Below, in pieces: positions 11,961-25,110 of a DNA stretch of 64,000 bases. Position numbers and translations under genes: made by a program. How positions within the stretch are numbered: the stretch's first letter is position 1; every line of letters starts with the position of its first letter. Under the pieces are notes generated by a model, which worked only from the letters and a program-made list of their open reading frames with translations, ran no database searches and was not told the DNA's origin. Source of the DNA: Lama guanicoe (Eukaryota); NCBI GenBank assembly GCA_013239625.1, contig MU054204.1, positions 520,879-584,878 of the forward strand. The letters run 5' to 3'.

Positions 11961-14900
11961 TATACAAAGAAAAGGTAATATCATTCTAGAAGAGTGCCAG
12001 TGAACCTTAAATTCAGCACGTGAGGCTGAAGGGTAGTCAATGTTTAATCCTGGGCCGGCTTCCCTCTGCCCCCAGCCCATTTCTGGTTACCTTTTCCATC
12101 AGTCAGTCAGTCAGGCTTTGCCCTCAGGAAAGGCAAACCCTGTCCATGGAAAACAATTAGGAAGGCAAACCTTCTGAGGAAAAATCACATGCCTCTTTTC
12201 CAAACCAACCAGAAATGATTTGAGGATTAGGGCATCATGTTTCCTCTCTAATACTGTTGAAACCCAAGAGTTGATGATAAACTTCAAAGCAATGACACTC
12301 CTACTGTTAACTTTCTAATTAGATACACACCCCTACCTAGGAGAGAAGGACCCTTAGCCAACTCCGTAACAGTGGTTGTCTAATCCTGTGCTCACTTAAA
12401 AGTCTGTCCTCATAAAGTAATAAAGGGCTTGCCTCTCACAAATGCATAACATTTGCAAGTCAGATTTATAAGCAGAGATTAAGACTAAATGTTTTCCAAT
12501 TATTTTAATTCATTAATTTTTAAAAAATTAAATTGAGTACCTGCTCTATGTCCTATATGCTTAGCACTAAGGATTCCACACTGGTCAAAACCACATACAT
12601 GAGACTTCCTTTAAGTGACACTGGTGAATGAGGGACTCGGTTACCAAAACAATATACAGGGAGTGATTATTTGTGTTACTAGATGTGCTTAACTGAGGCA
12701 TTTAGTCAATCAGTTCACCTCTTCTTAAACAAAACTGCAATGTAATAAAATAAAGGAATATATGCTAATTTCAGAGAATCTGGAAAACCCAGAAAGCTTC
12801 CAAAAAGTAAGTAAAAATTATATAGCATCCCATCATTCAAGAGATAATTGCTGTTAATATTTTTATTTTTTCCATTTATTTTCTCTGAATATATGCTTGT
12901 GGTCTGCAAAAGTAAGACTTTAGGAAATGGGTAATTGTGTCTCAAGCTTTCCCCTGCCCCAGTCACCTCCCCCACTTAATTATTAGATCATGTGCATTGT
13001 TCTACATTGTATTTAGGAAACACATTAATTGTAGCTTAAAGTGTATCTAGTCAATCACCTGTATGATCTACTTGATAAACGTGCTTGAAATGTAACTTTT
13101 CAAGGATGTATTTGCAGTCGAAAGCAATGAGAGTATACATTTTATGTAGACAAAATTGTATCCACACAAAGCAAATGTCCCTTATATAATATAGCACTTT
13201 GTGCTTGTGTTTCCTAAGTGCACTTTCTTGGTCATCTAGATTTCATTTGTCCAGCTAGCTTTTGTGACTTGTCTTTGGAGAAGGAGACCCGGAACAAAAA
13301 TCCACTTTATTCCCACCGTTAAATTCCCAAAAGGAAGACCTAAATTTCTGAGACTCTGTTGGGTCACTTTTAGCCAGATAAAGAAATGTACTGATGGTTT
13401 TGTCTCTTTAACACAAAGTTACAGAATCAGGCTCCTCTGGGCGCCTCCTTCCCAGAAGGGAAATACCTGTGTGTGAGGACATTAGCAACAATTATTAGGA
13501 GATAGACTATTCAATTCATCCAGCTTTCATTAACCAAATGTGGTAGAAAATTGAGAGTTAATAAACTGTATACCATCCAGCCAAGGTTGAATCAGTAATT
13601 TAAAAGGCGAGTGTAATGCAGTATTGAGTGAGATCAGAATCTTCAGCCTTGTCTGTAGCACTTAGAGATTTTCATCTTCCAAAGCATTACAGGCATTTGC
13701 TATTTAAGCCTTTTTCTTTTAAAGAGCTTGTTAAAGAGATATTGGCCCCTGAGGACAGGGATTCTCATCGTCTGGTTTCCCTCATAGCAGCATAGGGCGA
13801 GGCACTTGAGACTGTGGGATTCTGAGAGACAGGCGTGATGCTCCCACCCAGAGATTTGCAGAGTTCTCCTGAAACTAGAGGTAATGAGCATGTGGACTGA
13901 GCCTGGTCCCTGCCTCTAGAAATGGGAAAGCGCTGGAAGCACTGCCTGCAGGACTCAACTAAGAACATTCGGGATCCTGAATGTTCATTCATTTGCCTTC
14001 TCCTGCAGCTAATGTCTCTACCTGTTCTCTTCTGGGATTTTGCAGCTTGAGGCAGGAAATGAAAGGTACCTGCTGAGCAAAATTTGTTAATCTTCTTGGC
14101 CATGAGTAGAGACACTTGAAACCAGGAAAATTTTCATTAACCCTGGGCTTTGTCAATGGAATCCCCATTCTCCTGAAGCCACTCCAGCATCACAGCACCG
14201 TCCCCTGAGCCCCCACTCTAACAGTAGTTTCCATATTCTGTTTTAGAATTGCCTTGATTGTTAACTTTCCTTTAATAAATGTCATTTGCCTCTATTATGT
14301 ACCTGTACCATATCATGTCATGGTGTATTTACATCACTGTACATCTCCCTTGCAGTATGAAAGGTAATTGCGATGTAGCTTTATTAAAACAGCTAAGCAT
14401 AAATGGCAAAAGAGGAAAGCAAATGAGGCTACAAAACAAGATTATTGATTTCAGAAAATTAACAAGTTGATGCCCTTCTCACTAACCTCAATTAATGCTT
14501 ACTGTGACAATTTCCCTCCTGCCAGTCTTGAGTAGAACGTAACTTTTCTCTTACCCATAATTTGGAGATTGCTGTCCCTTTCTCTCTCACATTAATTGAC
14601 TTGACTGTTAAGACTAATTAAGATGATAATTTTGGCATTGCCAGTGGTCTCCTTTGCTTTAATTTCCTCAACTTGGTGACAAGATCTCTAGGGCATTTTT
14701 ATTTGGTTTTGGCTTCACTTTGATTTTCCATGGAATCAAAGCACCCATTTAGTGGCTCTCTTCATGGTTTTCCTATTTTATTGCTTCTCACTAGTGAGTC
14801 CTTTGGCTAGAAGTTCATGGAAAAGCCTTACTTTTCCTTTCCATCATTCCTCATCAGAGCTAAAGTTTTACAAAGTTTTTTTGAAAAAAGGAAGAAAAAG

Positions 14901-15293
14901 TTTTTTCTTCTAATAGTAGAAAAGAAAGACATTCCCAGATAGCCTGAAAGTTTGCCATTTTTCCCCTTTGTTTTGTTTGTCTGGCATCATTGTGAACTAC
15001 ATGTAAACATATCTAGTAATGAGTTCCTTAAGTACTGAATAATTAGGTAATTGGGATTATAAATGCTTTACAATATGATACATATCTGGAGGATTGTTAC
15101 ACAACTATTTTAGAGTGTTTTAGTGATATCTGAGGAAATTGGCTGGGGGGTTGAAGATGGAATTCCAATTGAGAAGAATGGAATGCAGTTTCCCACTATC
15201 CAAAATTCACTATTCCACAAGTTTTCAGGGATGGATTAGATTCAAATATGAGGGACTACTTGATAACAAATTCACTTTGATATAAGAAATTTA

Positions 15294-15421
15294 GGGGAGG
15301 GGAAAGGGTATACCTCACTGGTAGAGTGCATGCTTAGCATGCACGAGGTCCTGGGTTCAATTCCCACTACCTCTGTTAAAATAAATAAATAAAATAAACC
15401 TAATGCCCTCCCCCACCAAAA
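15294..15421 (+). mobile_element. tRNA-derived SINE (vic-1-like, long form)
   Basis: A box/B box head ggtagagtgcatgcttagcatgcacgaggtcctgggttcaa, (TAAA)n, aacctaat..ctcccc; TSD aaga(a/c)attta. Confidence 0.9.
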
Positions 15422-18075
15422 AGACATTTATGGTGAAAATAGCTTATTTGAGGTCAATGGGAACAATATCTTCCTCACCCCTAGAGAAAACAGAATTAAA
15501 TTAAGCAGTGATAAGAAAAAGTATCAGGTAGGTAGAATTGAGGTTATGCTTGAACTGGGTAGGTGAGGCCAGAGCTTACAGACTGGAGAGTGAGGCTCTA
15601 GCATATGGAGTTAGAAAAAAAGGCCACTTTGATAGAATCATAGAGTACAGACTGAAATCTTGTGGAAATAAAGTAGATTGGGGAAAGTCCCATTGAAACG
15701 TTGAAGGCAACCTACAAAATTATGAATATCATCTGACTGATGAGGCGCCACCATTGGAGGGCTGCTGATTAGCAAAATAATTGCCAAAGCAGAGGGTTGG
15801 CTGATGGGACATGTAATTAAACACTATCTAACTTTTAATTTCTTTGTATGCCAAATTCCAAATTATACTACTAAAGCTAAAAATGGAAGAAAATAATTGC
15901 ACAATCTAGTGTCCCTTTTCTACTGTTTTGGGCCTTCTTTGACCACTTTCTACTTTTGTAAGGGTCTCTCTGGTCTGCTTTCTCTTTCATGATCTTCCTA
16001 TTTCATAGCACAGGATTTTCTACAGCAAAAGTAAGAAACCATGACGGGAATCCAGTGAAACCTTTTATCCGAAAGGGACCTTTGCAGATCAGCTAACCCA
16101 GTGTTTTCAAAACCTTTTTAGCAAGTAGAACCTTTTTCTATTTTGCTCAATGAAATCAAATGAAAACATAATATTTAACATAAATACGAGAAGTATTTCA
16201 TTAGGCCTCCTCTATGCTAGTTTGGAGTTGTAACTGACACACCTTCCCAATTCTTTATTTGAAGCTAGTAGGAAAGTGAGTTTGCACTCCCTGTTTATTA
16301 CTGGCTTCTAAGCAAGGGTGCTGGTGATGTAGGAACACACTGCATAGTAAAAAGAAGCAAGTCAGAGTTTAAAATTTGGCCTAAAATATTCCAGAAAGTA
16401 GATAAATACTTTCCTGGAAACATGGTCATTCTAGAGAGTTCCTCCCTACCCCCCCCCAGGAATGTATTACAACTATATTATAAGGTGGGTTGTCATAATG
16501 TGCACTGTCTTTGCTTGTAGGAACATTTTTAGTATTGAGGATTGTGTTCCTGACTAAGGACACCACACCAAGTAAATTGTAGATATAACTAAAAATATGT
16601 AGTAAAAACTAATATATAACCATAAGCTTCTGTCATAATTTAAAAGAGCAAAATTGTTCCAGGACCTATAAAATGGGCATAAATGTACTATACACATTGA
16701 TTTTATAAGGGGCCCCAGTGGACTATAAAGTATACATGCAGCATATAAAAGAACCAATTCTACGTAAATTTAATCTATTGTTATTATTTGTTTAGAATTT
16801 GCACTCTGCCTGCATCCAGAAAGGATATGAAATGTCTTACAAAATTAAACACATATAAAACAAGACAATTAAACACAAATAAAAACAGGACAAAACTAAT
16901 TCAAAGCAGTGGTGAATGAGACTTTAAACTAAGATATGCTAGTTATAATAAACCCTGATTACACATTTAATTAGCAGACTTTTGTTTGCTGCCTTTGGTG
17001 GTGGAAGAAATTCAGGGAATGATTTGAATGACTCAGGCCTCTTAAAGTTGGTATCCGAGGAGGTTTGAGCTAATGCCTCATTTTTATGCAATACATCTTC
17101 CTGCAGCAAACTGCAACAACCACAAAATGAAGAAGTTAAGGTTGCCAGAATTGTGGTAGAGGTGTTAATTAGCTGTCCTAATAGACTGCAGGCTCGGGTT
17201 ATTTTGGTGTACCTGAACTTTTCTAACATTCTAGTACATGTATGTGTCTGTGAGGCAGATAACTATGGAACTTTCTCAAATAAAATGTTATTTCAAAGAA
17301 AATTTATCTCTGAAATAAGTCCAAATGGTACCTTGTAGCCAGAGGTTCAATAGCTTGGACTCTTTCTTGGATGGAGAGTTACTTCACATTGGTTCTGGTC
17401 AGGATTCCACTATATATAGCTGTGTAATGTGGGGTAAATTGCTTAATTTTTCCATGGCTTAGCTTTTGTGTCTGTTACATGAAGCCAGTAATGTGAGGCT
17501 GACTCAGCTCAGCAATTTTCTCCAGCAAGTCTTCACTAGTATTCCAGCTGGTCTGGATACCCTTCTCTGGGCTCCCAGAGCATCCTATACAAACTTTTGA
17601 TTCTCATTTGCGCCTCATATACTGAGATGATCAGCTTGAGTATCCCATTAGGGCCATAAGGGTAAGACCCTTAGGGCCTAATACACTGCCTGCCACTCAA
17701 TGCATGGTGGCTGAACTATAAAGATATCATAAAGGCTGAATGAGAAATTAGATTTAAAACATATATTTTAAAAATAAGAAATATGCAAATACTAGCTTAT
17801 TTTAGTATCATCTGTATATGTGCCATGATATTTGCTATCATTACCTTCTATCTTTAGCTATGCAGGTAAACTTTAATATTTTCTCCCCTCAAAAGATAGA
17901 CTTAACAGCTCAAATGTATTACCAATAGGCAATAGTAGGCAGGGCTGCCTCATATCCTCCCAGAGGGCTATAGTTTATTCTAACTCACACAGTGGGACCC
18001 TACACATTAGTAGCAACTGTATATTGATCATGTGAACTTGAATTACTAGTCTTTGGTTATATATGTGGTTAATCT

Positions 18076-18161
18076 TTTTTTTTAATGGAGGTAAATGGGA
18101 TTGAACCCAGCACCTCATACATGCTAAGCATGTGCTCTACCACTGAGCTATAGCAACCCCC
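18076..18161 (-). mobile_element. tRNA-derived SINE (short form)
   Basis: Reverse-complement head with poly-T; TSD ~tata.at(g)tggttaatctt / tatacatagttaatctt. Confidence 0.9.
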
Positions 18162-18789
18162 TATACATAGTTAATCTTGGTAAAAATGAGAATGATGAGT
18201 TATCTAGTCAGTTCTTTCAAAAAAAAAACAAAATGCAAATTTATTAAAAGTACACAAGGATAGCAACACTAAAAATATTATACTCAATTATAGTATATAG
18301 AGAGCAGGATTAAACACATAGCTAGGTACCACTTGGTACTCTTTTCACTAATCTTAACTGTTAATCAAAATTTAATCTGTTTATGGTATTCTTTTCACCT
18401 TAATTGAAAAGCTCCTGACTCATTATCTTGGTGTCAAATTTCCTCTGTATCTGGCACTTGAATTTGGAGCTAGGTGTCAATATGACTATTCTGAGATTCT
18501 CCCTTTCTTATGAGGAAAAAGAAGCAACAACTAAGATTTGATGTCCCCTTGGCAGTTCAAGTTTTATCCAAAATAGCTTTCTACTGGTTACAGTCAAAAC
18601 ATTAACTTGTTTCACCAATGCCTATGATCAGATGAGTACCCTGAGCTTGAAAATGTTCTGATCAGGAAAGATAATATAGAGTCTCTACTTAGACAGCAGG
18701 AAACTCTAATGGCCATCTTGTTTCCAGTCAGAAGAAACTTTTCCATTCAATGAGAGAGAAAGCTCCTACCCTTTCTAGAATAGCTTCTG

Positions 18790-19320
18790 GGCAGGATCAC
18801 TACATAAATTTGTGCAGGTTGTACACTACATGAGGCTGGCATGTCTAAGGGGGCACCTTCACAAAGTAGACTTTGTATTTATATTTATATTTATATTTAT
18901 ATTTATATTTATATTTATATTTATATTTATATTTTCTAACAATTTTCCTGCAGGTGGCAATCAAGTGCCTCATGCTAACAAAATCCACTGACCCCTGAAC
19001 AACTCCAGGGTTAGGGTCGCTGACCTTCTATGTAGCTGAAAATCTGCGTGGAATTTATAGTCAACCCTCCACGTCCAGGCTTCCTCCTTTTATGCACTTC
19101 CTCCATATCCAAGGTTCCACATCCATGGATTCAGCCAACTGCAAATCATGTAGTTACTGTCATGCTTACTGCTGAAAAAACCCACATGTAAGTGAACTCA
19201 CACAGTCGAACCCATATTGTTCAAGGATCAACTGTATTACAACAATTTTCTGACAAACGGAAGTAAAATATCTTTAGCGAATGGTGCCTTTTCCTAATTT
19301 GCCAAAAGGTATCTTATGGT
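18790..19320. mobile_element. MER91-like hAT relic split by a Tigger insertion and a (TATATT)n repeat
   Basis: ttgtgcaggttgtacact...ggggcacc...acaattttc; resumes after 19236 with ggtgccttttcctaatttg. Confidence 0.55.
18985..19236. mobile_element. Tigger3/MER7-like non-autonomous DNA transposon
   Basis: Terminal inverted repeats tgacccctgaacaa ... ttgttcaaggatcaactg followed by TA. Confidence 0.8.
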
Positions 19321-19360
19321 CTGTTCATGATACTAATTCCTTACATTTAAGTATAATGGT

Positions 19361-19545
19361 GGGGAGGGTATAGCTCAGTGGTAGAGCATGTGCTTAGCAT
19401 GCATGAGGTCCTGGGTTCAATCCCTAGTATCTCCATTAAAAATAAATAAATAAATAAATAAATAAACCTAACTACCACCCCCCAAAAAAATTTAAAATAA
19501 AAAAAATTGGACAAAAAATTATTCTCTCATTTAAAAAAATAAAAA
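19361..19545 (+). mobile_element. tRNA-derived SINE (long form)
   Basis: ggggagggtatagctcagtggtagagc...gggttcaatccc; TSD ~aagtataatggtg / aaatacagtggtg. Confidence 0.9.
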
Positions 19546-19799
19546 ATAAATACAGTGGTGCTATTAGCAACTCCCTAGAAGCCTATAAACCATATGCTCA
19601 GAACTGATTTCCAAAAGTGCCTATTTTATTTCATATCACATTTAACCTCAGCATCACTTTAAAACAGAAAACTGTGACAAGGGTTTGAGCCAGGAATGTA
19701 TAGGGGCACAGTCATGGGCAGGCATACATTCAAGGGTACACACTACACAAGGAAAATACACAAGTATATATATTCCAATAGCTGAGAAGCCTGGTAGGT

Positions 19800-19845
<46 letters not shown>

Positions 19846-20357
19846 TCTTAGCTGGACATTGCAGTATATAAAGAAGGAGACTGGCTGTTCATGCTGGTGC
19901 CAAACTCTCGCCCAGTTCTCCTACTTAACATATTTTCAGCCTATCTCACTCCCACACAGCAATAAGTTCCCTAAAGTTTACATGCTTTTAAGTGAGTTCA
20001 ATTCAACAAGGCTTTCTTAGGGCTTAATAGTGACAAAGAACTGTGTTAAGTAGATATAGAAAGCCATTCAGTATGGAAGGTTATTAGAAGGAGGTGATAC
20101 CTGAACTGAAGATTAAGTTGGACTTTGATAGGCAAACATGGGGAAAGAGGTAGAGGAAATATCTTAAGTCTAGACATGGAAGAAGTAGAAAGGGTGATGC
20201 TCTGAGAATCCCACAAAGAATGGATATGATTGGAACATTTAGTACATCAGGAAGAAAGGCTGGAAAAGGTAGCTGGGAGCTAAATTGCAGAGGGTCTTGA
20301 ATGCCAGCTTTAGAAATGTGTGTTCTATTCCATAAGCAGTGAAGATTCATGGAAGGC

Positions 20358-20931
20358 TTTTTTTTTTTAATTTTTACTGAAGTATAGTTGATTTACAATG
20401 TTGTATTAGTTTCAGGTGTATAGCAAAGTGATTCAGACATACATATATATGTGTGTGTGTATATATATATGTGTGTGTGTATATATGTGTGTGCGTGTGT
20501 GTGTATATATATATATATACACTTTTTCAGATTCTTTTCCATTATAGGATATTGAATATAGTTCCCTGGGCTATACAGTAGGTCCTTGTTTATCTATTTT
20601 ATATATAGTAGTATGTATATGTTAATCCCAAACTCCTAATATATCCCTCCTGTGCCCCATTTCCCCTTTGGTAACTATAGTTTTTTTTTTCTCTATGTCT
20701 GTAATTCTATTTCTAGTGTGTAAATAAGTTCATTTGTATCATTTTTCTTAGATTCCACATGTAAGTGATATCATATGGTATTTCTCTTTTTCTTTCTGGC
20801 TTAATTCACTTAGACTGATGGTCTCTGGGGTCCATCCATGTTGCTGCAAATGACATTATTTAATTCTTTTTTATGGCTGAGTAATATTCCATTGTAGATA
20901 TATATACTGCATCTTCTTTATCCATTCATCT
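20358..20931 (-). mobile_element. 5'-truncated L1 3' UTR inserted in an L2 relic
   Basis: Poly-T then tgaagtatagttgatttacaatgttg...tttatggctgagtaatattccattg. Confidence 0.9.
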
Positions 20932-21220
20932 TGATTTGAGTGTAACATGACTGGGTTTAGATCTAAGATAACTGTCAATATATAGGATGATTTTTGATAG
21001 GAAGACTCTAGAGAAAGGGACATCAGTCTAGCAAAGAGGTACTGAGGAGCTAAAGCAATCAGTATGGGAACAAGTTAATACAAGAGATGCTGATGGGATT
21101 TGATTTATAACTGATTGGGTGTGGATGGTGGGGAAAGAGAAGTGTGGATGGTGTCTCTAAACTTTCTAGCCTAGAGTTGTTAAAATTATAAAGAAGACAG
21201 GAGCAAGCACAGGCTTAGGT

Positions 21221-22317
21221 GTTCCTAGCCTTTGAGGAATCTCCACACTGTTTTCCATAGTGGCTGCACCAAACTGCATTCCCACCAGCAGTGTAGGAGG
21301 GGTCCCTTTTCTCCACAGCCTCTCCAGCATTTGTCATTTGTGGATTTTTGAATGGTGGCCATTCTGACTGGTGTGAGGTGATACCTCATCATAGTTTTGA
21401 TTTGCATTTCTCTGACAATTAGTGATATTGAACATTTTTTCATGTGCCTATTGATCATTTGTATTTCTTCCTTGGAGAATTGCTTGTTTAAGTCTTCTGC
21501 CCATTTTTGGATTGGGTTGTTTGTATTTTTCTTATTAAGTCATATGAGCTGCTTATATATTCTGGATACCAAGCCGTTGTCAGTTTCATTTGCAAAATTT
21601 TCTCCCTTTCCATAGGTTTTCTTCTTGTTTTACTTCTGGTTTCCTTTGCTGTGCAGAAGCTTGTAAGTTTACTTAGGTCCCATTTGTTTATTCTATGTTT
21701 ACCATATGACCCAAGAATCCTGCTCCTGGGCCTATATCCAGAAGGAATCCTACTTCAAAATGACACCTGCACCCCAGTGTTCATAACAGCACTATTTACA
21801 ATAGCCAAGACATGGAAACAGCCTAAATGTCCCTCGACAGATGACTGGATAAAGAAGAAGTGGTATATTTATACAATAGAATACTATTCAGCCATAAAAA
21901 CGACCACATAACGCCATTTGCAGCAACATGGATGTTCCTGGAGAATGTCATTCTAAGTGAAGTAAACCAGAAAGAGAAAGAAAAATACCATATTAGATTG
22001 TTCATATGTGGAATCTAAAAAACAAAACATAAATACAAATCAGAAACAGACTCATAGACATAGAATAGAAACTTGTGGTTGCCAAGGGGGCAGGGGGTGG
22101 GAAGGGACAGATTTGGATTTCAAAATGTAGAATAGATAAACAAGATTATAATGTATATCACAGGGAAATATATACAGGATATTGTGGCTCACAGCAAAAG
22201 AGAATGTGACAATGAATATATGTATGTTCATGTATAACTGAAAAATTGTGCTCTTCACTGGAATTTGACACAACATTGTAAAATGATTATAACTCAATAA
22301 AATTTTTTTTTAAAAAA
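21221..22317 (+). mobile_element. Young L1 with 5' inversion (21221-~21692 minus; ~21693-22317 plus)
   Basis: Minus part encodes ORF2 C-terminus [29 protein letters not shown]...WRFLK; plus part continues LPYDP...CTPVFITALFTIAKTWKQPKCPS and the 3' UTR; TSD caggcttaggt. Confidence 0.93.
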
Positions 22318-22404
22318 GAGCAGGCTTAGGTAGTAGCTAGATGAAGAATATGAGTACAGTTTTGGAAATTTTGAGTTTGGAGTGTTGGTCAAGAAAGTGA
22401 TGGA

Positions 22405-22533
22405 GGTGGGTAGGGTATAGTTCAGTGGTAGAGCATGTGCTTAGCAGGCATGAGGTCCTGGGTGCAATTTCCAGTACCTCCACTAAAACAAACAAACAAA
22501 CAAACAAACAAACAAAATTACCACCCCCTCCGA

Positions 22534-22580
<47 letters not shown>
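22405..22580 (+). mobile_element. tRNA-derived SINE with (AAAC)n and (GAAA)n tails
   Basis: gggtatagttcagtggtagagcatgtgcttagc...; tails expanded into microsatellites. Confidence 0.88.
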
Positions 22581-22581
<1 letters not shown>

Positions 22582-23223
22582 GATTAGATAAAGATAGACT
22601 TCAGGGTTAAAGGACAAAAGTATTTATGTGTTGTCATGAAAAGTAGGCAGAATGGAAAATGGTTGTTGCCTCAACTCCACCACCACATCCACACTACTTG
22701 AAAACAGTGAATAAAATCAAGATAATTAGATAATGGAAGAAAGATGAACATGGACAAATAATGTTTGGGGAAATAGACAGAAAAAATATTGATTTAGAAG
22801 TTGAAGTATTGAACGAGAAGGAAGAAAAAAGAGAATGTAATTTTTTTAAGGAACGTTTTCTTCAAAAGTGTTGATCTTGAGTAATTTTTTCAACAACTTT
22901 TCTATCCTCTCCTTCGGCTGTTTTCTCTTTGTTGATAAAAATCCTCTGAATGGTCTTGAAAGGAGAAGGGATATTGTTATTGTGTTGTCCTCGGACAGAA
23001 TGCCAGTAGCTTTTCTCTTATTACCAACGTCTTTTTTTTTATAAGCCTAGGAATATACTGTGTTTAGGGAAACTAGTAGGGTTGATAATTATCTAGTTAT
23101 TAACAGAAGGAGCATGAGAACATTTCTCTTGTGTCAAAAAAGAATATATTATCCTCTACATCAAAGATTCTATTTTAAAGCTCTTCACGATAGTTGAATT
23201 TATAAGAAATAACAAAATAGTCT

Positions 23224-23267
<44 letters not shown>

Positions 23268-23589
23268 ATGACATTAAGATATCTCCAAAGACAGCAAGCT
23301 AAAATATATTTAGAGTATTGTAAGATTTGCTCTGAAAATGTTGAAGGGGAAGTGGAGATTTTCTTAAAGAAGACTATCCTTACCAGGTAAATTTTGCCTC
23401 TTACAAATGAACTGAATAATAATCCCCTTAAAATAGCAGCAGACAGTGGAGGAAACAAAGGGAAAGCCAGCCAGAATAATCAGGAAATAGAATGACAAAT
23501 GTTTGAAAGTGTGACCTTAAGGTCTGTTAAGTCCCCAGCTCTTTGCTACTTGGCTTGGAAAGAATAAGGGTAGAAGTGAAGTCTGCAAT

Positions 23590-24130
23590 CTCACTGGGAA
23601 AACAAAAGCAGAGATAGGTACTTAACAATACAAGAAAATATATGATTGGGTTACAGCAGGTGTAGGTCAGAGAGTAATGCTGTAGAATTATAAAAGAGGA
23701 ACAATAAGGGATGGAGTAGTTAGGGAAGGCTTCCTGATGGAGGTGAGATCAATTGAACTTAGATCTGGGAGCAACATACACGAAGACCTGGAAGCAGCAA
23801 GGACTCTATTCAACTGCTATCAAAGAGCTTTGAGAGAAAGGCAGAAGATTTGGACTGTATTTTGTACAGCAGGATGTTATTTAAGGTTCTCCTACTCAAG
23901 GAGGAGAGGAACATAAAGAAAGTAATTTTATGAGACATACTTTGTGACAGTGAGAAGGATAGATTGGAGAGGGACAAGATAGGAGGCAGGGCTAGGCTGT
24001 TGCAAAAATCCAGGTGAGAGATGATAGTGCCCTGCTTATTGAAAGCAATGATGATCATTCATTCATTCATCTAAAATATTTATTAAACACCTGCTCTGGG
24101 ACTGGCCCTGTACCAATAACTGTAAATTAC
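23590..24130. mobile_element. L2-like relics
   Basis: tagggaaggcttcctgatggaggtgagat...aatccaggtgagagatgatagtg; cattcattcattc..tttattaaacacctgctctg. Confidence 0.65.
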
Positions 24131-24972
24131 CTCAAGGAAACTATAGCCAGGTAAATAAAATAAAACCAAGTGTGCAAATAGAAACTCTGAGTTCAAAGGA
24201 GATAAGAACTGATTGGAACCTAGCAGGATGGGGTAGACTTGGGTTGGGAGATGAATAAAAGAACATTCCCAAATATTTCTGATTTGAGGCGAGATGCTTG
24301 GAGGAGTGATAAGAAGAGAATTTTAAGCAAACAAAACAGTGTGAGCAAAGGAACCGAGGTGAGACAACACTGGGTCTTTTTTGGAGACCAGAGGATGTGA
24401 AGCTTGTGGGGTACAGACAGAAATGAAGATCTAGGAGAAGGCAGGGAGAGGATGAGTGAATGGGGGCAGGTAAGGAGGAAGGGAAATGGTCAGGGAAGAT
24501 GCATAGGACATTAATAATTTCTCATTTTCTTTTTGCTTTGCTACTCATCCTTTCTTCAGACTCTGTCTGGATTCTCTCTGGGATGCTTTTGTTTCATTTC
24601 TGCCCTGCCCACTTCTATGCACCATCTTCTCTGGCAAGAGAGGATAGGGTCCTGACTAACAGTCAGAGGTGCCCTGGTCTTAGAAGGAAACTGATTCTTC
24701 CATGCATCTCATAGAGGGCCAGTTTCGACACTAAGCAGAATCTATATTCAACCTTTGGTGTTCAGGAACATCTTTTAGTCTCATTTTGCTGCCTGTATAT
24801 GCCTGTTTGGCACACCTTTAGGATGCCTTGCCATGCATATAAGGACCACTGTTTCTAATCAGTTTCTCAGTACACTTATAATATTGAAATTCCAAACTGA
24901 GCCTTCAGAGACCCTTCCCAATCAGATGTGTTATAGCCAAAAAGACGTAGTGGTCTTTGTAGACTACCACTT

Positions 24973-25110
24973 GGTTTGTTTTTTTTTGGGGGGGGAGTAA
25001 TCAGGTTCATTTATTTATTATTTTTTAATAGAGGTGCTGGGGATTGAGCCTAGGTAGGACCTCGTGCATGCTAAGCATGCACTCTACCACTGAGCTACAC
25101 CACCCTCCAC
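24973..25110 (-). mobile_element. tRNA-derived SINE (long form)
   Basis: gggggagtaatcaggtt...cctcgtgcatgctaagcatgcactctaccactgagctac. Confidence 0.9.

Noticed and set aside
19361..19435. tRNA-Ala-like sequences here and at 11 other sites
   Set aside because: They carry A-tails, TSDs and scattered mutations, so they are SINE heads, not tRNA genes.
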